From the NCBI GenBank assembly GCA_963805945.1, contig CAWDVP010000006.1:448001-512000 (forward strand): 64,000 nucleotides of DNA, given 5' to 3'. Source of the stretch: Vulcanimicrobiota bacterium. Lineage in GTDB: Bacteria > Vulcanimicrobiota > Vulcanimicrobiia > Eremiobacterales > Eremiobacteraceae. The position numbers and the translations under genes were made by a program. Below, piece after piece: positions 19,965 through 30,331 of the stretch; position 1 is the first letter of the stretch; each line of letters starts with the position of its first letter. Below the pieces are notes generated by a model, which was given only the letters and a program-made list of their open reading frames with translations, was not told the origin of the DNA and made no database searches.

Positions 19965-20017
19965 CGGAGTTCTCCTAACCAGAGGTGGCCCTGACCGCGC
20001 TCACGTGAAGGATCATT

Positions 20018-22540
20018 ATGGCGGCCACCGAGTTCCATATCGAAGTCCGGCCGAGTATTCCGGCGCGGCTCGCGAAACTCCCCGACTTGGCCAACGATCT
20101 GCGCTATAGTTGGGACCGTGGCACGCGCTCGATGTTCGCCCGGCTCGACCAGCGGCTGTGGGAGGCCGTCGGGCACAATCCCAAAGTGTTCCTGCGCCGC
20201 GTCGAGGAAGGCCGCCTCGCCAAGGCCGCCGAGGATCCCGTCTATCTCGAAGCATACGATCAAGCGGTCTCGCGCTACGAGACCTATGTGCACGACGCAC
20301 CGCGGCGCAGCGCCGCCTCGCTCGCCGAGGACGATCTCGTCGCGTATTTCTCCGCCGAGTTCGGATTCCACGAGAGCGTCCAGATCTATTCCGGGGGCTT
20401 GGGCGTGCTCGCGGCGGATCATTGCAAGGCATCAAGCGATCTCGGATTGCCCTTCGTCGCGGTGGGATTGCTCTATCGCCAGGGCTACTTCACGCAGACG
20501 ATCGACGGCGACGGCAATCAGATCGCGACCTATCACCCTTCCGATTTCCAGGACTATCCGATCGCGCCGGCGGTCGACGCGGGCGGCAAAGAGATCCGCG
20601 TGCGCGTCAAGATCGGCGAAGCCGAGGTTTCGGTGCGCGTCTGGACCGCGCGCATCGGCCGCGTGAAGATACTGCTGCTCGACACCGATTCCGAGGAGAA
20701 CTCGGCGGCCGATCGCCAGATCACGTATCAGCTCTACGGCGGCGATCTCGACATGCGCATCAAGCAAGAGATCATCCTCGGCGTGGGCGGCGTGCGCGCC
20801 CTGCGCGCGGTCGGACTCGCGCCGACGATCTGGCACATCAACGAAGGGCATGCCGCCTTCTCGATCCTCGAGCGATGCCGCGAATACGTGGCCGGCGGTC
20901 TCGATTTTCCGGCGGCGCTGGAAGCCACCGCGGCGGCGACGATCTTCACCACGCACACGGCGGTCGAAGCCGGCCACGACGTCTTCGGATTGCCGATGGT
21001 CGGGCACTACCTCGGCGACATGGCGGGTGCCCTGAAGCTCGACCCGCATACCTTCGGCGAGATCGGACGCAAACCGGATCAGGGCAACGGCTTCAACCAG
21101 ACCGCGCTCGGCATCCATGGTTCGCGCTATCAGAACGGCGTGAGCCGGATACACGGTCGCATCTCAGCCGAGCTGTGCGCCTCGCTCTGGCCGGAGGTGC
21201 CGCCCGAAGAGAACCCGATGTCATACGTCACCAACGGCGTCCACGTCGCCACGTTCCTCGCGCGCGAATGGGTGAATCTGTTCAACACCGCGCTCGGCGC
21301 CGAGTGGCGCGGCGCTCAGGCGGATGCGGAGTTCTGGCTGCGCCTCAACACCATCCCCGACCAGCTCTACTGGAGCGTGCGCCAGTCGATCAAGTCGCAG
21401 CTGATCACGGACCTGAGCAAACGGCTCACCGCGCAGTATCGCCGCAACGGCGCCAGCGAGGCGCAGGTCGACCGGCTGCTGCACCTGTTGCAGCCCGACG
21501 ACCCCAACGTGCTGCTCGTCGGCTTCGCGCGCCGCTTCGCCACCTACAAACGGGCGACGCTGCTGCTGCGCGATCTCGAACGCCTCGAACGTCTCGTCAG
21601 CGATCCGGAGAAGCCGGTCGTCTTCGTCTTCGCCGGCAAGGCGCACCCGGCGGACGAGCCCGGCCAGGAGATGATGCGCCAGCTCTTCGAGATCTCGCGC
21701 TTGCCGTCGTTCCTCGGCAAGATCCTGCTCGTCGAGGGCTACGATCTGAGCTTGGCCCGTCACATGGTGTCCGGGATGGACGTGTGGCTCAACACGCCCA
21801 CCTATCCGCTCGAAGCGAGCGGCACGTCCGGACAGAAAGCCGGCATCAACGGAGTGCTCAATCTCAGCGTGCTCGACGGCTGGTGGGGCGAGGGCTACGA
21901 CGGCGCCAACGGCTGGGCGATACGGCCGTTCCCGATCGACGCGGATCTAGAACGCCGCAATCGCGAAGAGGCCGCCAATCTCTACGACATCCTCGAGCGA
22001 GAGGTGCTGCCGCTCTACTACGAACGCCACGCGCTCGGCTACTCGAAGGGCTGGGTGGAGAAATCGAAGCGCTCGATGCGCACGTTGCTGCCGCGCTTCT
22101 CCGCCCAGCGCATGGTCACCGAGTACTCGACGTCGTTCTACCAGCGCGCCTCGCAACACGGACGTCATCTCGCCGCTGACAACTTCGCCGCGGCATCCGC
22201 GCTCGCCGCCTGGAAGACCCACGTGCGGGGCGCATGGCAGGGAGCGAAGCTGCGTCTGGTCGGCAAACCGGTGACCGATCTCGCGTTCGGCAGCGAGGCG
22301 CGACTGGAAGTGGCGGCCACGCTCAACGGCCTCTCGCCGAGCGACGTCCGCATCGAGTGTCTGTTCGGCGGCAAAGCATATCAGTTCGTCGAGTCCGGAG
22401 CGCTCAGCGACGGCGAGCATCGCTTCACCCTCGACCTCCATCCGGAGATGTGCGGCCTGGTCGGCTACCGTATCCGGATGCTGCCGTACCATGAATTGCT
22501 GGCGCACCCGCACGAACTCGGCCTCATGATGTGGCTGTGA
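20018..22540 (+). CDS. glgP: Alpha-glucan (glycogen) phosphorylase
   Basis: YSGGLGVLA, HINEGH, NGVS, ARRFATYKRA, GKAHPAD, EASGTSGQK. Confidence 0.97.
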   Translation: MAATEFHIEVRPSIPARLAKLPDLANDLRYSWDRGTRSMFARLDQRLWEAVGHNPKVFLRRVEEGRLAKAAEDPVYLEAYDQAVSRYETYVHDAPRRSAASLAEDDLVAYFSAEFGFHESVQIYSGGLGVLAADHCKASSDLGLPFVAVGLLYRQGYFTQTIDGDGNQIATYHPSDFQDYPIAPAVDAGGKEIRVRVKIGEAEVSVRVWTARIGRVKILLLDTDSEENSAADRQITYQLYGGDLDMRIKQEIILGVGGVRALRAVGLAPTIWHINEGHAAFSILERCREYVAGGLDFPAALEATAAATIFTTHTAVEAGHDVFGLPMVGHYLGDMAGALKLDPHTFGEIGRKPDQGNGFNQTALGIHGSRYQNGVSRIHGRISAELCASLWPEVPPEENPMSYVTNGVHVATFLAREWVNLFNTALGAEWRGAQADAEFWLRLNTIPDQLYWSVRQSIKSQLITDLSKRLTAQYRRNGASEAQVDRLLHLLQPDDPNVLLVGFARRFATYKRATLLLRDLERLERLVSDPEKPVVFVFAGKAHPADEPGQEMMRQLFEISRLPSFLGKILLVEGYDLSLARHMVSGMDVWLNTPTYPLEASGTSGQKAGINGVLNLSVLDGWWGEGYDGANGWAIRPFPIDADLERRNREEAANLYDILEREVLPLYYERHALGYSKGWVEKSKRSMRTLLPRFSAQRMVTEYSTSFYQRASQHGRHLAADNFAAASALAAWKTHVRGAWQGAKLRLVGKPVTDLAFGSEARLEVAATLNGLSPSDVRIECLFGGKAYQFVESGALSDGEHRFTLDLHPEMCGLVGYRIRMLPYHELLAHPHELGLMMWL

Positions 22541-24578
22541 TGCAGCGCAGCCGGATCGTGCGTTCCGCGTGCTGCCCCGGTTCCAGCGACACCGGCCACG
22601 CGAGCGAGATGCCCGCGGCCTGCATGATCTTCTCGAAGCCCAGCTCTGAGCGCGACACAGTATAGAGCGGCCGCGCGGCGAGCTCGCCCGCCGGCTCGAA
22701 ATGCAGCGCGACACTGCCGCCGAGCACGGTATCCGCAAGCGTCAGTTCGCCGGCAGCCGGCACGTGCAGCGCCGTCGCGAAACCTCCCCGCACGTCGCCC
22801 TCGATCAGGTAACTGCCGCCTGGTCCCTCGGCACTCGGCATCGCTAGATCGATTCCCACGCGCAGCACGCCTGAGACGAGCTGCGACGCTCGCAACGCGT
22901 AGCCGATCGTGACGGCGTCGCCTTCAACCCGGTAGACCTTCTCGACGTCCAACCCATCGAGGCGTGCGACGCACAGCGCCGCCGCGTCCCCTGCGCGGGC
23001 CTCGCCGTCGTATTCTATCGGATGGGCCTCGCCGTCCGGGCCCTGGTGCCACGAGTCGACGAACAGCCCGCGCGGCATGCGGTCCAGCTCCAGATCGGCT
23101 GCTTCGATGCGATCGACGAAGGCGACCCGCTCGTGTATGGAGAGTATCGAGCGGTCGGGTTCATCCGACCGCTTCGGTCGCGGCCGCACGATCCCGCCGC
23201 CGAGGATGGTGCGTATGTCGTCGTGATACTCCTCGTCGCGCCGCGCGAGCACGTCTGCGAGATCGACGCCGAAGCCGTAGTCGGTCAGTTCGCACACGAC
23301 GCCTCCGTCGCGCGGCCGCAACACGGCATAGAACCGGCCTGCACGCAGGGCTATCTCGGGCCGGCCGTCGAGGTCGATATCCTCTGTCGCGCTTGCGGGG
23401 CGTGCGCGCTCGCGGTCGAGCTCCGCGTCGAGCTCGGCGAGGTTGGCGTAGACGGAGCGCCGCAAGAACGGCAGGTAGATGCCGCCGAACATGCCATGCC
23501 AGTACGCGTCGTTGGCCTGCGCCCGATGCAGCGCCGCGCGCATCGGATCGGTCTGCCGCTCGGTGGGCAGGCCGTGGAACCGCGCTGAGGCGCCGAGCAC
23601 GCGCTTGTGCATCCAGTTGGCCTCCGGGTATTTCGTGAGGAAGTTCTTCCACGTGCCGCCGCGCAGATACGATCGATCTTGCTCGTGCGTGCCGGCGACC
23701 TGCGAACGCTCTGTGAGCCCTCGCAGCCGCCTGGCGGCCCACGCGGACAGCGTCCATTCGCCCATCTCCGCATACGACGTGGTGGGCAGATACACGAGTC
23801 CCGAACTCGGCGTGCTCGCATGGAACTGGCCGAGCGTCTGGGTCTCGATGTGTTGCGATGCTTCGATCTGGGTGAAGAACGCCTCGAGCCAGCCTCGTCC
23901 GTAGACCCATTCGAACGTGTCCGGCCAGATGCCGAACTTCTCGAGGTCATCGAAGTAGATCGCCGCAGCCGGTGACGCCTCGATCGCGGCGACCACCTCG
24001 GCGGCCGGCGTGAACGGGATCATGTACCGCAGCGACTCGGAGATGGGGAACAGATCGAGACGCCGGCCATCCTCTTCAGTGGTGAAATATCCGGTCAGCT
24101 CGTCGAGCGTTCTTCCCGCGCTGAGGAAATGGTAGTCGTCCACAGCGACGTAGTCGATGCCGCAGTCCGCGAGCGCGGGCAGGACGGTCGTCTCCCATAC
24201 GCGTTCGGCCAGCCATGCGCCGCGCGGCTGTACGCCGAAAAGCGCGCTGACGCGCGCCGTCATGGCGCGCAGCTGTTCGCGCCGGTCGATGTCCGGGATC
24301 GCGGCGAGCACCGGCTCCGTGTCACCGCCGCCCAGCACCTCGATCTGTCCGCGCGCGAGCATACGCGTGATGCGCGCGACGCCGGCGGGATAGGTCTGCG
24401 CGAGGTAGCCGAGCAGCCAACCGCTGACGTGCAGGCTGAAACGGACGCGCGGATGCCGCTCGGCGATCTCGAGGAAACGTCCGTAGCAGCGCTGCCATGC
24501 GTCGTCGATCACGGAGGTGAAATTGCCCACCGGCTGGTGCGCGTGAAAGCCGAGCAGCAGCCGCACCGCCGCGCTCAT
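22524..24578 (-). CDS. GH57 alpha-amylase / 4-alpha-glucanotransferase (DUF1925/DUF1926 type)
   Basis: HAHQPVGNF, WLAERVWE, DDLEKFGIWP, SYAEMGEW, AQANDAYWHG. Confidence 0.9.
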   Translation of the reverse strand: MSAAVRLLLGFHAHQPVGNFTSVIDDAWQRCYGRFLEIAERHPRVRFSLHVSGWLLGYLAQTYPAGVARITRMLARGQIEVLGGGDTEPVLAAIPDIDRREQLRAMTARVSALFGVQPRGAWLAERVWETTVLPALADCGIDYVAVDDYHFLSAGRTLDELTGYFTTEEDGRRLDLFPISESLRYMIPFTPAAEVVAAIEASPAAAIYFDDLEKFGIWPDTFEWVYGRGWLEAFFTQIEASQHIETQTLGQFHASTPSSGLVYLPTTSYAEMGEWTLSAWAARRLRGLTERSQVAGTHEQDRSYLRGGTWKNFLTKYPEANWMHKRVLGASARFHGLPTERQTDPMRAALHRAQANDAYWHGMFGGIYLPFLRRSVYANLAELDAELDRERARPASATEDIDLDGRPEIALRAGRFYAVLRPRDGGVVCELTDYGFGVDLADVLARRDEEYHDDIRTILGGGIVRPRPKRSDEPDRSILSIHERVAFVDRIEAADLELDRMPRGLFVDSWHQGPDGEAHPIEYDGEARAGDAAALCVARLDGLDVEKVYRVEGDAVTIGYALRASQLVSGVLRVGIDLAMPSAEGPGGSYLIEGDVRGGFATALHVPAAGELTLADTVLGGSVALHFEPAGELAARPLYTVSRSELGFEKIMQAAGISLAWPVSLEPGQHAERTIRLRCITATS
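23150..23173. repeat. CGGTCG-N8-CGACCG hairpin inside the GH57 gene
   Basis: AGCGGTCGG-GTTCAT-CCGACCGCT; same core and spacing as the copies at 12211, 50702 and 57524. Confidence 0.5.
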
Positions 24579-26254
24579 GCTGTGTCGCCAGTAGTCGACG
24601 CACGCATGACGCCCAAGTGTTCCGGTGCGCCCCTGCCGACGCTCACCGCCTCGTCCAGGTCCCCGGGCGGCGCTTCGCCGAGCGCAGCGTAGAGATCGCG
24701 CAGATGCGCGCGGAACAAACGCTCGAAATCGCTCACGGGCTCCGCCGCGTTGTAGCCGCCCAACCACCAGAACCAGTCCGACGCTTCGCAGGCACGCAGC
24801 GCGGCCTCCGCGGAGCGCCGCGCCTGCTCGTCGAGACGCCCGCTCGCCGCGGCCCCGTCGTAGGCGCGCTTTGCCGCGGCCAAGAGATCCCAGCCGTGGT
24901 TCTTATCGCGATCGCCGATCCAGGTCGCGAACGTGCCACCGACCCAGCTGCCTGCGACGATCCTGTCGAGGCTGGGCAGCGACGGCGCCGCTTTGAGGTG
25001 CTCGGAGAACGTCGTCAGCCGCAGGTGCGGATGGCCGCTCAAGCGCTCGTACAGCGCGTCCAAGAAGGCGCGCCCGTTGTCTTCATAATACTCCCACGCG
25101 TTCTCGCCGTCGAGCGCGAGGGTCGCGACCGGCGCTGCTTCGCCGGCCGTCGCCGCGGCGATGCCGGCCAGCGCGCCGATGAGGTCTTCTGCGGCATCGT
25201 CGGCACGCCAACTCGAGTAGACGAAACCCACGCGATCGGACAGCTCGTCGTCGCGGAAGAAGCAGGTGATCGTGCCGGCTTCCGTGTGTACGTGATACGG
25301 TGTATAAAGATAGGCGCGACGCCTGCCTGGTTCGCCACGTCGCACGCCGAGGCTGTGCGCTAAGACGGCCTCGCCGCTCGCCGCCCATACGAAGCCGTTG
25401 GCCGCCAGCGCGGCGAGCGTCGCCATCGAGACGCCGCCCTCGGGGGGCCAGCAGCCGGTCGGCATCGCTCCGAAGGCGCGGGCGTGGTACTCTTTGCCTT
25501 CGTGCAGCTGGATCTCCGCGCGGGGGGTTCCACCCGCATACTCAGCTGCCCCGGGCATGTCCGCACCGGGCTGCGCCTCGAGCGCCGCCTTGAATTCGAT
25601 CAACAACGGCAGCATCGGATGCGCGTAGGGCGAGGTCGAGAGCTCGATGCGGCCGGCGTGCGAGAGCGCGCGATAGCGCGGGATGATCCCGGCGACGATC
25701 TCGCCGATGACCGCGAGCAGCCCCGCGCGGTCCGCCTCGTCGAAGCCGCGGCGTTTGGCGGCCAGGCGCGCGACGCGCTCATCGCCGCGACTGCCTTCGC
25801 CCAGCCACGCGAGGTGATACCACACGAGCGCATCGCTGCGGTCCGCCGCCGAAAGCGGCGCGCCGCCAGATGCTTCGTCGCCGGCGAGGCTGTACAGCCG
25901 CTCGAAGTCGGGGAAACGCGCGACCACGCGCGCCTCGTTGGCGCGGGTCAAGCGATGTGCGAGTCGCGCTCGCAGCGCCGGCTCATCCGCATCGCCTTGC
26001 CGTAGCGCGCGCAGCAGGGGATCCCGGAACGCTCCCGTCGCGAATTGGCGCTCGTAGTCGCGCAACTGCTCGAGCAGCACCGGCGTGAAATTGATCACCG
26101 CGCGCGCCCCCGGCGCTTGCTCGAGGTGCCACGCCATGTCGGCGTAGTCTTTCATCGCGTGCAGGTAGACCCAGGGCTGCTGATATTCGCCGTCCGCGGT
26201 CCGATAGCTCGGCTGGTGCATGTGCCAGCAGAGCACGACGTCGAGAGGCTTCAC
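24575..26254 (-). CDS. GH57 amylopullulanase-like protein
   Basis: WHMHQP, PWVYLHAMKDY, SPYAHP, CWPPEG, LDGENAWEYY, EASDWFWW. Confidence 0.9.
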   Translation of the reverse strand: MKPLDVVLCWHMHQPSYRTADGEYQQPWVYLHAMKDYADMAWHLEQAPGARAVINFTPVLLEQLRDYERQFATGAFRDPLLRALRQGDADEPALRARLAHRLTRANEARVVARFPDFERLYSLAGDEASGGAPLSAADRSDALVWYHLAWLGEGSRGDERVARLAAKRRGFDEADRAGLLAVIGEIVAGIIPRYRALSHAGRIELSTSPYAHPMLPLLIEFKAALEAQPGADMPGAAEYAGGTPRAEIQLHEGKEYHARAFGAMPTGCWPPEGGVSMATLAALAANGFVWAASGEAVLAHSLGVRRGEPGRRRAYLYTPYHVHTEAGTITCFFRDDELSDRVGFVYSSWRADDAAEDLIGALAGIAAATAGEAAPVATLALDGENAWEYYEDNGRAFLDALYERLSGHPHLRLTTFSEHLKAAPSLPSLDRIVAGSWVGGTFATWIGDRDKNHGWDLLAAAKRAYDGAAASGRLDEQARRSAEAALRACEASDWFWWLGGYNAAEPVSDFERLFRAHLRDLYAALGEAPPGDLDEAVSVGRGAPEHLGVMRASTTGDTA

Positions 26255-26261
26255 GTGCGCG

Positions 26262-27539
26262 CTAGCCGGCGTGATGCACTGGCTGCCCGAGCATCTCGGG
26301 CGTGACCACGGTGATGCCGCTTTCGGTCCGGTAGAAACGCCGCGCGTCGGCTTCCGGATCTTCGCCGACCACCAACTCGTCCGGGATCTCGCACAGCTTG
26401 TCGATCACCGTGCGGCGCAAGCGGCATCGCCGCCCGATCGTCACGTTCGGCAGCACCACAGAGTCTTCGACCAGGCTATACGAGTTCACGCGCACGCTGG
26501 AGAACAGCAGCGAGCGCTGCACGCGCGCACCCGACACGACCGAACCGCCGGACACGAGCGAATCGATCGCGGTGCCGCGACGCTCGCCCTCATCGTGCAC
26601 GAACTTCGCCGGCGGCACCTGCTCCTGGTACGTCCAGATCGGCCACGCGGCGTCGTAGAGATTCAGCGACGGCGTGAGCTTGGTGAGGTCGAGGTTGGCC
26701 TCCCAGTAGCCGTCCACCGTGCCGACATCGCGCCAGTACGGCGACGCGCCCTCGTCGCCGACCCAGCTCGAGCTGAAACGATGCGCGACCACTTTGCAAC
26801 GCGGCACGAGCGCGGGGATGAGATCGCGGCCGAAGTCGTGCATCGAGTCGGGCAGCGAGAGATCGGCGGCGAGCGCCTCGTAGAGGAACGCCGCGTTGAA
26901 GACGTAGATGCCCATGCTCGCCAGCGTCATGTCGGGCCGCCCGGGGATCGGCGCAGGCGTCGGGGTCTTCTCCTGGAACCCCGTGACCCGATCGTTCTCA
27001 TCCACGGTCATCGTGCCCAGCTCCACCGCGGCGGCCATGGGGATCTCGACCGCGCCGATCGTCACGTCGGCTTTCGTGGACACGTGATCGACCAGCATCT
27101 TGCCGTAGTCCATCTTATAGATGTGATCGCCGGCGAGCACGAGCACGTACTCAGGACGATGGGAGCGGATTATGTCGAGGTTCTGGTAGACGGCGTCGGC
27201 GGTGCCGCGATACCACGCCTCTTCGATGCGCTGCGAGGCGGGCAGGATCTCGACGCACTCGTTGAACTCGCCGCGCAGGAAGCTCCAGCCGCGCTGCAGG
27301 TGGCGGATGAGCGAATGCGCCTTGTACTGCGTGACCACGCCGATCTGGCGCACGCCGGAGTTGATGCAGTTCGACAGCGGAAAATCGATGATGCGGAATT
27401 TCCCGCCGAACGGAACCGCCGGCTTGGCGCGCCATTCGGTGAGATGCATGAGGCGCGAGCCCCGGCCGCCCGCCAGCACGAGTGCAAGCGTCTTCTTCGT
27501 GAGCAGGCTGACGAAGCGCGGCTGTTGGGATTGCGCCAT
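26262..27539 (-). CDS. glgC: Glucose-1-phosphate adenylyltransferase
   Basis: [48 protein letters not shown]. Confidence 0.98.
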   Translation of the reverse strand: MAQSQQPRFVSLLTKKTLALVLAGGRGSRLMHLTEWRAKPAVPFGGKFRIIDFPLSNCINSGVRQIGVVTQYKAHSLIRHLQRGWSFLRGEFNECVEILPASQRIEEAWYRGTADAVYQNLDIIRSHRPEYVLVLAGDHIYKMDYGKMLVDHVSTKADVTIGAVEIPMAAAVELGTMTVDENDRVTGFQEKTPTPAPIPGRPDMTLASMGIYVFNAAFLYEALAADLSLPDSMHDFGRDLIPALVPRCKVVAHRFSSSWVGDEGASPYWRDVGTVDGYWEANLDLTKLTPSLNLYDAAWPIWTYQEQVPPAKFVHDEGERRGTAIDSLVSGGSVVSGARVQRSLLFSSVRVNSYSLVEDSVVLPNVTIGRRCRLRRTVIDKLCEIPDELVVGEDPEADARRFYRTESGITVVTPEMLGQPVHHAG

Positions 27540-27604
27540 ACTCGCTCAACTCCTTGGAGAGCGGAGGGTTCTCCTTGGCACGTCCGAAGGGTGGCCTGCA
27601 AGCA

Positions 27605-30331
27605 ATGATCGGTACGCCTGCATCGCTCACCGCCGAAGAACAACGCCTATTCGAGAGCGCGTCGCACGAAGCCCGCTGGCGGCGCTGGGGCGCATATCTG
27701 AGTGAGCGCCAGTGGGGTACGGTACGCGAAGACTACAGCGCCGACGGTGAACCCTGGAACTATCTGCCGTTCGACGACGCGCGCTCGCGTGCGTATCGCT
27801 GGGGCGAAGACGGCCTGCTCGGCATCTCCGATAACCACCAGCATCTGTGCTTCGCGCTGGCGCTGTGGAACGGCGAAGATCCTATCCTCAAAGACCGCCT
27901 CTTCGGGCTGAGCAACCCCGAGGGCAACCACGGCGAAGACGTCAAGGAATGCTACTATTTTCTCGACGGCCTGCCGACGCATTCGTTGATGAAGGCGCTC
28001 TACAAGTATCCGCAGACGGCGTTCCCCTACGATCGGCTCATCAAGGAGAATCGCGGGCGATCGCGCGCCGAACCGGAATTCGAGCTCATCGAGACCGGCA
28101 TCTTCGACGAGAGCCGCTACTTCGACGTCACCGTCGAATACGCGAAAGCGTCGCCCGACGATATCTGCATCGAGATCTCGGTCACCAATCGCGGACCGGA
28201 GGCGAAGCGGCTGCACGTGCTGCCGACGTTATGGTTCCGCAACACCTGGGCGTGGGGGTACACCGGCAGAGCGGATTCGAAGGCGAAACCTGATGACCGC
28301 GCTCCGGCCATCTCCGTGCAGCGCGAGAGTCCGGAACTCGCGGTGCTCGAGGCGACGCATCCGGAGATCGGCACCCATTTCCTTTATGCACCGGCGGCCT
28401 CGGAACTGCTCTTCACCGACAACGAGACGAACTGGCGGCGCATCGCCAACAGCGCCAATTCTTCGCCGTACGTCAAAGACGGCTTCCACGACTACGTGGT
28501 CGAGGGCCGGACCGACGCGATCAATCCCGCGCGCACGGGGACCAAGGCCGCGCCGCACTACGTGCTCGATATCGCAGCCGGCCAGACCGCCGTGCTGCGG
28601 CTGCGTCTCGACAATGCCGGCGATCTCGTCGATCCGCTCGGCACGTCCTTCGAGTCGACGCTCGCGGAGCGGCGCCGGGATGCTGACGAGTTCTACGCGC
28701 GCATCGCGCCGTATCCCCAATCCGACGAAGCGCGGCGCATCCAGCGCACGGCCTTCGCCGGCCTGCTGTGGTGCCAGCAGTACTACAACTACGTGGTCTA
28801 TCAATGGCTCGACGGCGATCCAACCGGTCCGCCTGCCCCGCCGGAGCGGAAGAGCGGGCGCAACCATAACTGGATCCACGTGTACAGCGACGACATCCTC
28901 TCCATGCCCGACAACTGGGAGTACCCGTGGTTCGCGTCGTGGGATCTCGCTTTCCACTGTATCACCATCGCGATGATCGATCCCGACTTCGCGAAGCGGC
29001 AGCTCGCGCTGCTGACACGCGAGTGGTACATGCACCCGAACGGTGAGCTGCCCGCATACGAATGGGGCTTCGGCGATGTGAACCCGCCGGTGCACGCGTG
29101 GGCCACGATGCGGGTCTACCAGATCGAGCAGAAGATGTTCGGCCGCGCGGATCGGCTTTTCCTTGAGCGCGTCTTCCAGAAACTGCTCATGAACTTCACT
29201 TGGTGGTGCAATCGCAAGGACGCCGAAGGGAACAACGTCTTCCAGGGCGGTTTCTTGGGATTGGACAACATCAGCGTGTTCGACCGCAGCACGCAGCTGC
29301 CCGACGGCGGGCACCTCGACCAGGCCGACGGCACCGCGTGGATGGGTTTCTACTGCTTAAGCATGCTGGCGATCGCGGCAGAACTCGCGCTCGAGAACAG
29401 CGCGTATGAAGACATCGCCTCGAAGTTCTTCGAGCACTTCATCTACATCGCCGACGCGATCAACCACATGGGCGACGATGAACAGGGCGTGGCGCTGTGG
29501 GATGAGGCGAGCGGCTTCTATTACGACGTGCTGCACGTGCCCGGACGCATGCCGATGCGGCTCGGTGTGCGTTCCATGGTCGGGCTCATCCCGCTCATGG
29601 CGGTCATCGTGTCCGACACCGAGACGATCTCGAAGTTCCCCGACCTTCTCAAACGCATGCGCTGGTTCGTGGAGCACCGACCCGACCTGCACGGCAACGT
29701 GGCGCCGCTCGATCAGCCCGGCATCCGCGACCGGCGCATCCTCGCGATGCTGGACGGGACGAAGCTGCGGAAGATCCTGGCCACGATGCTCGATGAGTCC
29801 GAGTTCTTGAGCCCGCACGGCATCCGGTCGCTCTCGCGGTACTACAAAGAGCACGGCTACGAGCTCGACATCGACGGCATGAAGATGACGGTCGACTACG
29901 AGCCAGCAGAATCGACCTCGAACTTGTTCGGCGGCAATTCCAACTGGCGCGGACCGGTGTGGTTCCCGGTCAACTATCTCATCATCGAGGCGCTGCAGCG
30001 CTTTCATTACTACTACGGCGACGATTTCAAGGTCGAGTGCCCGACCGGCTCGGGCATCCTGATGAACCTATGGGAGGTCGCGTCCGAGCTGTCGCACCGG
30101 CTCATCGAGCTCTTCATGCGTGACACGCACGGGCGCCGGCCGATGTACGGCAACGCCGAGCTCTATCAGAACGATCCGCACTTCCGCGACCTGCTGTACT
30201 TCTACGAGTACTTCAACGGCGACACCGGCGCCGGGCTCGGGGCGATCCACCAGACGGGCTGGACGGGCCTCGTCGCCAAGCTGCTGCAGCAGTGCGCCGA
30301 GTATTGCGGGCAAGAGAAAGACCCGCTGTGA
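27605..30331 (+). CDS. GH63 (MGH1-like) glucosidase
   Basis: ERQWGTVREDYS, SRAYRWGEDG, MPDNWEYPWFASWDL, GGFLGLDNI, NWRGPVW, HQTGWTG. Confidence 0.88.
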   Translation: MIGTPASLTAEEQRLFESASHEARWRRWGAYLSERQWGTVREDYSADGEPWNYLPFDDARSRAYRWGEDGLLGISDNHQHLCFALALWNGEDPILKDRLFGLSNPEGNHGEDVKECYYFLDGLPTHSLMKALYKYPQTAFPYDRLIKENRGRSRAEPEFELIETGIFDESRYFDVTVEYAKASPDDICIEISVTNRGPEAKRLHVLPTLWFRNTWAWGYTGRADSKAKPDDRAPAISVQRESPELAVLEATHPEIGTHFLYAPAASELLFTDNETNWRRIANSANSSPYVKDGFHDYVVEGRTDAINPARTGTKAAPHYVLDIAAGQTAVLRLRLDNAGDLVDPLGTSFESTLAERRRDADEFYARIAPYPQSDEARRIQRTAFAGLLWCQQYYNYVVYQWLDGDPTGPPAPPERKSGRNHNWIHVYSDDILSMPDNWEYPWFASWDLAFHCITIAMIDPDFAKRQLALLTREWYMHPNGELPAYEWGFGDVNPPVHAWATMRVYQIEQKMFGRADRLFLERVFQKLLMNFTWWCNRKDAEGNNVFQGGFLGLDNISVFDRSTQLPDGGHLDQADGTAWMGFYCLSMLAIAAELALENSAYEDIASKFFEHFIYIADAINHMGDDEQGVALWDEASGFYYDVLHVPGRMPMRLGVRSMVGLIPLMAVIVSDTETISKFPDLLKRMRWFVEHRPDLHGNVAPLDQPGIRDRRILAMLDGTKLRKILATMLDESEFLSPHGIRSLSRYYKEHGYELDIDGMKMTVDYEPAESTSNLFGGNSNWRGPVWFPVNYLIIEALQRFHYYYGDDFKVECPTGSGILMNLWEVASELSHRLIELFMRDTHGRRPMYGNAELYQNDPHFRDLLYFYEYFNGDTGAGLGAIHQTGWTGLVAKLLQQCAEYCGQEKDPL

